Assembly: GCA_052168235.1 (NCBI GenBank)
Contig: JBQLZK010000119.1
Coordinates: forward strand, 1 to 11,131
Length of the DNA stretch: 11,131 bases
Direction: 5' to 3'
Origin: Thainema sp.
GTDB taxonomy: Bacteria > Cyanobacteriota > Cyanobacteriia > Phormidesmidales > Phormidesmidaceae
Shown: piece after piece, positions 1 through 8,485 of the stretch
How positions within the stretch are numbered: position 1 is the first letter of the stretch
Layout of the letters: each line of letters begins with the position of its first letter
The notes under the pieces: model-generated
Databases searched by the model: none
The model's input: the letters and a program-made list of their open reading frames with translations, nothing else
What the model was told of the DNA's origin: nothing
Made by a program: the position numbers and the translations under genes

Positions 1-235
1 GTGTGGCTTTTCCTCTACATTGATCGTACCTTGCCCATTCAGGAATCGCTATATATGGCTCTATCATTTCTATCGTTTTTTTGGGCCTCCAATCAAACTT
101 AAGAAATCAGCAACGCACTTAATTGCGAGATTGATTTTAATAGTTTTTGTAAGAACTCGGGTGGACTTATCATCTTTGATTTTAATCATCTTAGATTTCA
201 CATAAAAATCATGAACACCTTGTTTGTAAATTTAG

Positions 236-1165
236 ATGCTTTCTATTTCTAAGCTCAGTATTACCTTTACCCAATACGATCAGGGACTGCACCGAAAGCA
301 GCTCACCGTGATTACTGATCTGGATTTGACCGTCGAGGCTGGGGAACTAGTAGCCGTTGTGGGAGCCAGCGGTTCGGGGAAAAGCCTTCTGGCCCACGCC
401 ATCCTGGGAATTCTGCCTGATAATGCCCAGCTATCAGGAACGATGAAGTTCCAGGGTGAACCATTGACGCCAGAGCGGTGCGAAGCACTGCGCGGAAAAG
501 CGATCGCACTTGTGCCCCAATCAGTCGGTTACTTAGACCCGCTGATGACCGTCGGGCGACAGGTGCAGCGGGTGGGACAACTGAACGGCCTGTCTGCGGG
601 AGCGGCCAGAACGCTGAGAGACCGCACCTTTGCCCGCTACGAATTGCCTGCTACCACTCCTCGTCGCTATCCCTTCCAGCTTTCAGGCGGCATGGCGCGG
701 CGGGTGCTCGTGTCTACGGCAGTCGTGACGCAAGCTGATTTAGTCATTGCCGATGAGCCGACCCCAGGGCTGCATCCTGACGTGGTAGCTGAAACCCTAA
801 ACCATCTGCGGGAACTGGCTCAGGAAAGACGAGGTGTGATCCTGATTACCCACGATATTGAAGCGGCTCTACAGGTTGCTGATCGGGTAGCGGTGTTTTA
901 TGCCGGAACTACCGTTGAAATTGCCGCTGCACAAGACTTTACGACGGGTAGCTTGCGCCATCCCTACACCCAAGCGCTATGGCGCTCACTGCCCCAAAAC
1001 GAGTTTGTGCCCATACCAGGAAACCAGCCCAGTCCTGAAAATTTGCCATCAGGGTGCTTGTTTAGCGATCGCTGTCCCTGGGTTACGCCAGAATGCAGGG
1101 CGGCACGTCCTGAGGCCAGATTTATTCGTCAAGGTTGGGTGAGGTGTATTCATGCTGAGGGGTGA
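236..1165 (+). CDS. ABC transporter ATP-binding subunit, oligopeptide/dipeptide/nickel family (OppD/DppD/NikD-like)
   Basis: Walker A GASGSGKS, signature LSGGMARR, Walker B IADEPT, H-loop ITHD, and the C-terminal oligopeptide-ABC extension HPYTQAL...PSGCLFSDRCP...C...C. Confidence 0.93.
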   Translation: MLSISKLSITFTQYDQGLHRKQLTVITDLDLTVEAGELVAVVGASGSGKSLLAHAILGILPDNAQLSGTMKFQGEPLTPERCEALRGKAIALVPQSVGYLDPLMTVGRQVQRVGQLNGLSAGAARTLRDRTFARYELPATTPRRYPFQLSGGMARRVLVSTAVVTQADLVIADEPTPGLHPDVVAETLNHLRELAQERRGVILITHDIEAALQVADRVAVFYAGTTVEIAAAQDFTTGSLRHPYTQALWRSLPQNEFVPIPGNQPSPENLPSGCLFSDRCPWVTPECRAARPEARFIRQGWVRCIHAEG

Positions 1166-1784
1166 AGAACTCTGGTTTCGTTACGGTGCTCAATTGCCGT
1201 GGGTGGTGCGCGATCTCACATTGTCTGTCGCACCCGGAGAAGTCGTTGGATTGATGGCTCCCTCCGGCTACGGCAAGACGACGCTCGGCAAACTACTGGC
1301 GGGCTATCTGGTGCCGACTCAAGGTCGCGTTATGCTGGATGAACAGCCGCTGCTCAACCGAGGCTACTGTCCGGTGCAGCTTGTCTTTCAAAATCCAGAA
1401 CTGTCGGTCAACCCTCGCTGGCGCATTGACCGCATCCTGCGGGAAGGCCATCCACCTCAGCTCCACTACCTGGATGCTCTTGGCATTCATCCCGGCTGGA
1501 TGACCCGCTATCCCCATGAGCTGAGCGGTGGGGAGTTGCAGAGGGTTGCGATCGCACGTATTCTCAACCGCCATACTCGCTATCTAATTGCCGACGAAAT
1601 GACCGCTATGCTGGATGCCAACACCCAGGCATTGATCTGGCAGGTGATCCTAGATTTTGCCCACCAACATCAGGTCGGCGTTATTGCCATTAGTCATGAC
1701 AGACCGCTCTTAGAACGAATTTGTAACAGAATGCATGACATATCGGCTTCGGGGCAGGCTTCAGTTATGGGCACACTACTCTGA
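1152..1784 (+). CDS. Second ABC transporter ATP-binding subunit (OppF/DppF/NikE-like, short form)
   Basis: Walker A APSGYGKT, Q-loop LVFQNP, YPHELSGGELQR signature, Walker B IADEMT, ISHD. Overlaps the upstream ATPase by 14 nt, suggesting translational coupling. Confidence 0.92.
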   Translation: MLRGEELWFRYGAQLPWVVRDLTLSVAPGEVVGLMAPSGYGKTTLGKLLAGYLVPTQGRVMLDEQPLLNRGYCPVQLVFQNPELSVNPRWRIDRILREGHPPQLHYLDALGIHPGWMTRYPHELSGGELQRVAIARILNRHTRYLIADEMTAMLDANTQALIWQVILDFAHQHQVGVIAISHDRPLLERICNRMHDISASGQASVMGTLL

Positions 1785-1816
1785 GCCAAACACAGCTTTT
1801 TATCAGCCCAACATTA

Positions 1817-1896
1817 GGGATTGCTGATTTTAAGTATGAATTGTGATGTGGGGGCACGCCCCCACATCACAATTCATACCCAGATTAAGCAACGCC
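1817..1896. mobile_element. 80-bp palindromic miniature inverted-repeat element (MITE) with 8-bp target-site duplication
   Basis: CAACATTA direct repeats at 1809-1816 and 1897-1904. Imperfect termini GGGATTGCTGATT.. / ..ATTAAGCAACGCC. Perfect 22-bp inverted arms at 1834-1855 and 1858-1879 with a 2-nt spacer. Confidence 0.85.
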
Positions 1897-2015
1897 CAAC
1901 ATTACGATTGCGTTGAAATCGGTACGTTAAACCTCTAGCATCACCGCTACCGCTTTCGGTTTGCATTGGTTATCTTGGGCCTATCAATTGCAAAAAAAAT
2001 TTTGAGGACAACGCC

Positions 2016-2246
2016 ATGAATCAAAAGAATGTCTTGTCTGTACTGGGTTGTGCGGGATCGTTGGCAGTCGCGATCGCAGTTGCTGGCCCTGCATCAGCCA
2101 GCACGATGTCTCCGGTTGAGACGAGCCAATTTCAACTGACAGGGACTGGACTATCCGTTACTCCAACCCAGGATGATGCTCTTTTAGATGCGTTGGGATG
2201 CAGTTGTGCAACGTGCCAAACCAGTCAGCAACAAACCTCGCTCTAG
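2016..2246 (+). CDS. Small predicted secreted protein with C-terminal CxCxxC motif (putative metal-binding)
   Basis: GAGG RBS at 2004-2007. Sec-like signal peptide ending ..AGPASA. C-terminal LDALGCSCATCQ. Followed by a terminator-like hairpin. Confidence 0.8.
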   Translation: MNQKNVLSVLGCAGSLAVAIAVAGPASASTMSPVETSQFQLTGTGLSVTPTQDDALLDALGCSCATCQTSQQQTSL

Positions 2247-2277
2247 CAATTGCGATCGCAGCCAAGTAGTGATGAAT

Positions 2278-2328
2278 AGCTATTGTGGAATTACGCTTGG
2301 CGCGAGTCCCACAATAGCTTTTGTTTTT
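2278..2328 (+). terminator. Rho-independent terminator-like hairpin between the convergent genes
   Basis: AGCTATTGTGG (2278-2288) pairs with CCACAATAGCT (2309-2319), with further imperfect inner pairing, followed by TTTGTTTTT. Confidence 0.75.
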
Positions 2329-2369
2329 GATTCTAGCTTTGCAACTAAAACTTAAGTACCGTCTGGGTT

Positions 2370-4028
2370 CTAGCTAGGCAACAGCCTGCCGCCGCTCAGC
2401 GTTGAAAGAAATAACAGCAGCCCTACCAGCAAAATGCCGCCAGCTCCAACGATATTCAGCAATTGAAAAAGCGGATACCGCCATTGAGCTGCTCGATCCA
2501 TGCGGCGACTGAGGTATGCTCTGCCCCAGAGTGCCGTTAAGCCAATGGCCGATAGCGTTACTCCCATACCCAGCGAAATTGCCAAGACCATCAGCATGGC
2601 TGGCCAAACCAGGTCATTCGCTAGACCGTAGAGCATGATTAAGAGCGCTCCACTACAGGGCACAGCACCGACAGCAAGTGAGAGCCATCCAGCAGTTCCT
2701 GGACGACGGTCACAGCTAAAGCAACGACAATAGTCAAGCTGAGAGCGATTTGAAGGTAATAGTTGAATAGGTTGAAGAATGCGATCGCTAAATTGCGTCA
2801 CCGTTGGTAGCTCAGCTTGGACAAAGTGATGAGATGAGAGCTGCTGCTTTGATAATTGCTTTGATCGCAAGGCCTGTCGCAGCATCCAGCCGCCGATAAG
2901 CGCGATCGCAGCGTAGCTAATTAACCGGATCAGGCGATAGCTGGCAGGTGCCGAACCAACGGTCTGCCGGATCACAATATCTGTGAGCAGGACAACTGCG
3001 ATCGCAGATATCACATGCAAAACCGCAATCCGTACTCCCATGCTAATGCCCCGTCGAACGCTGCCCCCATTGCCCACAAAATAGGACAGAATCACAACCT
3101 TGCCATGTCCTGGCCCCAGCGTGTGAACGACTCCATACCCAAAGGCAATTAGCACTCCCAGCAGCAAAGCGGATGGCGAATGGTCAGCGCGGATATCTCC
3201 CATCATTTGGCCAAAAAGAGCGGTGCTTTCGACTTGTATCGCCTGCCACCAAGAATACTGGCCAGAATACTGAGTAGAGAGATGAGGCATCGACGCTAGG
3301 GATTGCCGAAATGACTGTCTAGCCCTGGATCGACTGGAATCAATCGTAATCGATTGCAGACTGATGGCATAGCTGACCTGAATCGGACGAGAGCCATCAA
3401 CGCGAAAGAGATCATAGGTCGCTGACTGCTGATGCAGTTGACCTTCTACCCAAACTGGGGTGAATAGCCCCGGATCGTCAATTGGAACCGACGGCTCTAC
3501 ATAGATGACCTGATTGGGAGGCGGTGGAGGAACATGAATACAGGCTCCCACAAAGGGCACCAGGAGTAACTGAGAGACCTGTTGCTGATCCGTGCGTTTC
3601 AGTGGCAGAGCGTACCCGGAGATTTTGACCCGTTTGCCCACAGCATCCGACGTATCGTTCGTTTGGGCCTCAACTTGGTGAACGGCGTGGATAAGTGACT
3701 CCACATCCAAGCCCTGTTGGGTCAGCTTTTGCTCCAATCTGGCTCCCAATGCTGCATCCGGACTATCAGGAGTAATCTGATTATCTGCAAGCCACCAGCG
3801 AATTCGCGCTAAGGTTGCCAAGTCTTGCAGTTGTTCTCGGCTGAGATGACCAAAGGTTGCGGCAAAATCAACCGTTTGCTTGGGCTGCAAATCATCCCAG
3901 GTAATGACCTGAGTGGCTTGAGCCGTTGCGGGACAGACCATTCCTACCAGCCAGCAGCTGACTAGAACCGCAACGAAGAACGTGCCGAATCGCGAGCAGA
4001 GCAACCGCTTCAGGTTGTTGAGCAGCAT
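2370..4028 (-). CDS. Fusion of an N-terminal DUF3299 domain and a C-terminal NicO/HoxN/RcnA-type Ni/Co transporter domain
   Basis: Signal peptide (..PATAQA). DUF3299 hallmarks ITWDDL, VKISGYALPL, LLVPFVGACIHVPPPPPNQVIYV, PVWVEGQL. Then NicO/RcnA motifs YGVVHTLGPGHGK and AVGAVPCSGAL, with about 6 hydrophobic helices. Confidence 0.85.
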   Translation of the reverse strand: MLLNNLKRLLCSRFGTFFVAVLVSCWLVGMVCPATAQATQVITWDDLQPKQTVDFAATFGHLSREQLQDLATLARIRWWLADNQITPDSPDAALGARLEQKLTQQGLDVESLIHAVHQVEAQTNDTSDAVGKRVKISGYALPLKRTDQQQVSQLLLVPFVGACIHVPPPPPNQVIYVEPSVPIDDPGLFTPVWVEGQLHQQSATYDLFRVDGSRPIQVSYAISLQSITIDSSRSRARQSFRQSLASMPHLSTQYSGQYSWWQAIQVESTALFGQMMGDIRADHSPSALLLGVLIAFGYGVVHTLGPGHGKVVILSYFVGNGGSVRRGISMGVRIAVLHVISAIAVVLLTDIVIRQTVGSAPASYRLIRLISYAAIALIGGWMLRQALRSKQLSKQQLSSHHFVQAELPTVTQFSDRILQPIQLLPSNRSQLDYCRCFSCDRRPGTAGWLSLAVGAVPCSGALLIMLYGLANDLVWPAMLMVLAISLGMGVTLSAIGLTALWGRAYLSRRMDRAAQWRYPLFQLLNIVGAGGILLVGLLLFLSTLSGGRLLPS

Positions 4029-4078
4029 GGAGCGAGCCTTACGTCTGAATCATCTCGACTTATTGTGGCACGGTCGTT

Positions 4079-4104
4079 AAAAAGGGAAAAACCGCTTTTA
4101 CCCC
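4079..4104 (-). terminator. Possible weak intrinsic terminator downstream of hemB
   Basis: The minus strand reads GGGGTAAAAGCGGTTTTTCCC followed by TTTTT; the stem is imperfect. Confidence 0.35.
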
Positions 4105-4157
4105 AGCGTCGCCAATTCTGCCGCTAGCCCTAGCGTACTCGGTACGTGAGCGGAACC

Positions 4158-4192
4158 AACCTGAAACCCAAAACCTAACACCCAATCCCCTC
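4158..4192. repeat. STRR-like degenerate heptamer tandem repeat
   Basis: AACCTGA AACCCAA AACCTAA CACCCAA TCCCCTC directly after the hemB stop. Heptamer runs of this kind are typical of filamentous cyanobacteria. Confidence 0.6.
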
Positions 4193-5683
<1,491 letters not shown>

Positions 5684-5712
5684 GGTATGAGCTGTGATGA
5701 TCTACCTCTGTA

Positions 5713-5958
5713 TCAGGTTTCGTCGGAAAGACACGCTTTAAGCTTGTGTTCCAGTTCTGCAAGATCTAAATTGCGGCCAATGTGGACCACTTGATTGCTG
5801 CGTGGCCCTTGCCATCCAGAGTCTTCGAGGTGGAACCATTTGCCAGTGAGTTGGAAGAAGTGACGGGCAGGGCTTTCGTAGAACCAGAGAACCCCCATCA
5901 TGCGGAACAGCTCCGGCTGTAGGTGAACGTCGAGGAACCGCGCTGCTTGCGATCGCAC
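5713..5958 (-). pseudogene. C-terminal fragment (CobW_C domain) of a COG0523/CobW metallochaperone GTPase; GTPase domain absent
   Basis: FLD..L..ELFRMMGVLWF.ESP.RH.FQLTGK....W.G...NQVVHIGRNLD...L...L.ACL resembles the cyanobacterial COG0523 C-terminus. The usual RxKG motif is altered to RMMG. There is no room upstream for the GTPase domain. Confidence 0.75.
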
Positions 5959-5985
5959 TCAATTCTCTAGCGCCATGATAAATTG

Positions 5986-6002
5986 AGAATGATAATCATT
6001 CT
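5986..6002. promoter_or_regulatory. Fur/Zur-family operator upstream of thrS
   Basis: AGAATGATAATCATTCT, identical to 5270-5286. Positions 5984-5998 (TGAGAATGATAATCA) match TGATAATNATTATCA with 2 mismatches. Ends 14 nt before the ATG at 6017. Confidence 0.87.
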
Positions 6003-6016
6003 AGTTCTGGTTGGTC

Positions 6017-7882
6017 ATGGTCAGTCAAGTCTCCCCTCCACAGTCTGCAACCGACTCAACGGCTAGTGATGCAGAGCAGCTAGTGCGGCTTCGCCATACT
6101 TGTGCTCACGTGTTGGCGATGGCGGTGCAAACCCTGTTCCCAGAGACTAGAGTCACCATTGGCCCCTGCACCGATACGGGGTTTTACTACGATTTTGACC
6201 GGGCTGATCCCTTTACGCCTGAGGATTTGCAGCGCATTGCAGCCGAAATGCGGCGGATCATTCGGACCAATCTGCCGATCATTCGCGAAACCGTGGAACG
6301 GGATGACATCCGGGCTGAAATTGAGCACCTGAACGAACCCTATAAGCTCGAAATTCTCGACGGTATTCCCCCTGATGAGTCGATTACCCGCTACTACATC
6401 GGTTGCCCTGACCCGCTGCCAGCCGCTGCCGAACCTTCTCTATTTAATCCGCCACCCGCCGTCGCTGACGATAAGACTTCCTGCTGGTGGGATTTGTGCG
6501 CTGGCCCCCACCTGAACCGCACTGGCGAACTGCATCCTGATGCGTTTGCCTTAGAAAGTGTGGCTGGGGCCTACTGGCGGGGTGATGAGACTCAACCGCA
6601 GCTCCAGCGTATCTACGGCACGGCCTGGGAAACTCCAGAACAATTAAAGGCTTACCTGACGCAAAAAGAGGAAGCCAAACGGCGCGACCATCGCAAACTG
6701 GGCCAGGAGCTAGATCTATTTAGCATTCAAGAGGCTGCCGGGGGTGGGCTGGTGTTCTGGCATCCCAAAGGAGCCCGCATGCGCCTGCTGATTGAGGATT
6801 ACTGGCGTCAGGCCCACCTCCAGGCCGGGTATGAGCTGCTCTACACGCCCCACATTGCCAATCGTGACCTCTGGCAAACCTCCGGGCACCTCGACTTTTA
6901 CCAGGAGAACATGTTTGAGCAGATGGCAGTGGAGGCGCAGCCATATCAGCTCAAGCCGATGAACTGTCCTTTCCATGTGCTGACCTATCAGCATCGGCTC
7001 CATTCTTACCGGGAGCTGCCGATTCGCTGGGCCGAACTGGGCACGGTGTATCGCTATGAGCACTCTGGGGTGCTCCACGGCCTGATGCGCGTGCGGGGGT
7101 TTACTCAGGATGATGCGCACATTTTCTGCCTGCCGGAGCAGGTGACCGAGGAGATTCTAGGGGTGCTAAACCTGACCGAGCAGATTTTGTCGGACTTTGG
7201 TTTTACCGACTATGAGGTGAATCTCTCCACCCGTCCGGCCAAGTCTGTGGGTAGTGACGACATTTGGGAATTGGCAACTTCGGCGTTGAAGAAAGCGCTG
7301 GATATTAAAGATTGGGCCTACGTGGTTGATGATGGGGGCGGTGCCTTCTACGGTCCCAAGATCGACATCAAGATTAAGGATGCCATCGGTCGGCTGTGGC
7401 AGTGTTCCACGATTCAAGTGGACTTCAACCTGCCGGAGCGGTTTGATTTGAACTATGTCGCGGCGGATGGCTCCCGGCAGCGTCCGATTATGATTCACCG
7501 GGCTATTTTTGGCTCCCTGGAGCGGTTCTTTGGAATTCTGGTGGAGAACTATGCGGGGATTTTTCCCCTGTGGCTGGCTCCGGTACAGGTACGACTGTTG
7601 CCGGTGAGTGATGCCCAGCGAGACTATGCTAATCAGGTGGCCCAGACCTTGAAACAAGAAGGATTTCGGGTAGAGGTCGATGCCAGCGGCGATCGTTTGG
7701 GTAAGCAAATTCGCACCGCAGAATTAGAGAAGATTCCAGTTATTTCTGTGATCGGTCAGCGAGAGATGGATGCTCAGACATTGGGCGTTCGCACCCGTCA
7801 GAGTGGGGATTTGGGAGCGCTGACGGTGCCAGAAGTCGTCGAGAAATTGCAAGGGGCGATCGCTCAAAAGACTCTCTTTTAG
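6017..7882 (+). CDS. thrS: Threonine--tRNA ligase, probably the low-zinc-induced paralog (thrS2/T2 type)
   Basis: RHTCAH and DLCAGPH editing-domain motifs, RDHRKLG, KPMNCPFH, RVRGFTQDDAH, GAFYGPKID, IHRAIFGSLERF and an anticodon-binding C-terminus. No TGS domain. ATG 6017 is preferred over TTG 6011. Confidence 0.97.
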   Translation: MVSQVSPPQSATDSTASDAEQLVRLRHTCAHVLAMAVQTLFPETRVTIGPCTDTGFYYDFDRADPFTPEDLQRIAAEMRRIIRTNLPIIRETVERDDIRAEIEHLNEPYKLEILDGIPPDESITRYYIGCPDPLPAAAEPSLFNPPPAVADDKTSCWWDLCAGPHLNRTGELHPDAFALESVAGAYWRGDETQPQLQRIYGTAWETPEQLKAYLTQKEEAKRRDHRKLGQELDLFSIQEAAGGGLVFWHPKGARMRLLIEDYWRQAHLQAGYELLYTPHIANRDLWQTSGHLDFYQENMFEQMAVEAQPYQLKPMNCPFHVLTYQHRLHSYRELPIRWAELGTVYRYEHSGVLHGLMRVRGFTQDDAHIFCLPEQVTEEILGVLNLTEQILSDFGFTDYEVNLSTRPAKSVGSDDIWELATSALKKALDIKDWAYVVDDGGGAFYGPKIDIKIKDAIGRLWQCSTIQVDFNLPERFDLNYVAADGSRQRPIMIHRAIFGSLERFFGILVENYAGIFPLWLAPVQVRLLPVSDAQRDYANQVAQTLKQEGFRVEVDASGDRLGKQIRTAELEKIPVISVIGQREMDAQTLGVRTRQSGDLGALTVPEVVEKLQGAIAQKTLF

Positions 7883-7961
7883 TCGTTATTGCCGATTTCT
7901 AAAAAGTCAACGTGAACGGATGAGGGGCCACAAAGCTGTTCAAACAATGAGGTAAACATCT

Positions 7962-8153
7962 ATGACTACCGTCCAGCACTATGCCACCAATTATCTGGAA
8001 AACGTCAGGGTAATGCTGATTTCTCCAAGCCAAACTCTGGAGTCATCGGCGGTGGAATATTGCATCGCCAGCGGATATGTCAAAGTCATGCCCGCTGATG
8101 GCCGCACCTTGATCACCCATATCAGCAACATTGTCATTGAAGTGGCGTCATAA
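7962..8153 (+). CDS. Small hypothetical protein (63 aa)
   Basis: GAGG RBS at 7949-7952, ATG start, co-oriented within the thrS run, globular beta-rich-looking composition. Confidence 0.7.
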   Translation: MTTVQHYATNYLENVRVMLISPSQTLESSAVEYCIASGYVKVMPADGRTLITHISNIVIEVAS

Positions 8154-8222
8154 CGCGCTTGGCAAAAAATTGCGCTCTTCTACAAAATGCCCCCTCACGA
8201 TTCCCGCTAATGATGTACCGTC

Positions 8223-8480
8223 ATGAGTTTATTTTCTCAGTCTCGACCCAAGTCCAATCCAGCCGCTTTGCAACAGCTCAAGGCCTGGGTTTATGACCTC
8301 CTGAAACTCGACCCAGAGGTGTCGATCGCGGTGAGTCAGCTTCAATGTACAGAACCGGGCTGCCCTCCGATTGAAACCGCCATCACCATTTTGAGCCAGC
8401 CTGCCCAGCAATACAAAATCCATAAAGCCTTGGATGACATTGAGCAAGTTGATTTAATCCGCCTATTTCAAACTGAGTAA
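8223..8480 (+). CDS. Small hypothetical protein with CxEPGCPPxET motif (putative metal-binding)
   Basis: VSQLQCTEPGCPPIETAI motif, a type I recall from COG0523 gene neighbourhoods. Stop lies 5 nt before the next start. Confidence 0.8.
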   Translation: MSLFSQSRPKSNPAALQQLKAWVYDLLKLDPEVSIAVSQLQCTEPGCPPIETAITILSQPAQQYKIHKALDDIEQVDLIRLFQTE

Positions 8481-8485
8481 TTCTG

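Noticed and set aside
20..205. 61-aa ORF upstream of the ABC ATPase
   Set aside because: TTG start, AT-rich, no recognisable motif, and it crosses a MITE-like end; probably intergenic.
312..1574. Alternative-frame and antisense ORFs inside the two ATPases (312-509, 478-738, 900-1142, 1293-1574)
   Set aside because: Fully overlap well-supported genes and lack motifs.
1809..1904. CRISPR repeat or toxin-antitoxin RNA interpretation of the long palindrome
   Set aside because: Single unit with a target duplication and no spacers or cas genes; a MITE explains it better.
1905..2015. Zur box or cobalamin riboswitch upstream of the small peptide gene
   Set aside because: No match to the 17-bp operator or to B12-box motifs seen, so Zur control of this gene is not supported directly.
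6080..7708. Antisense and alternative ORFs within thrS, including a 180-aa one
   Set aside because: Expected shadow ORFs caused by codon bias in a conserved gene.
8159..8188. Possible internal sigma70 promoter TTGGCA-16 nt-TACAAA
   Set aside because: Weak match that cannot be distinguished from chance without TSS data.
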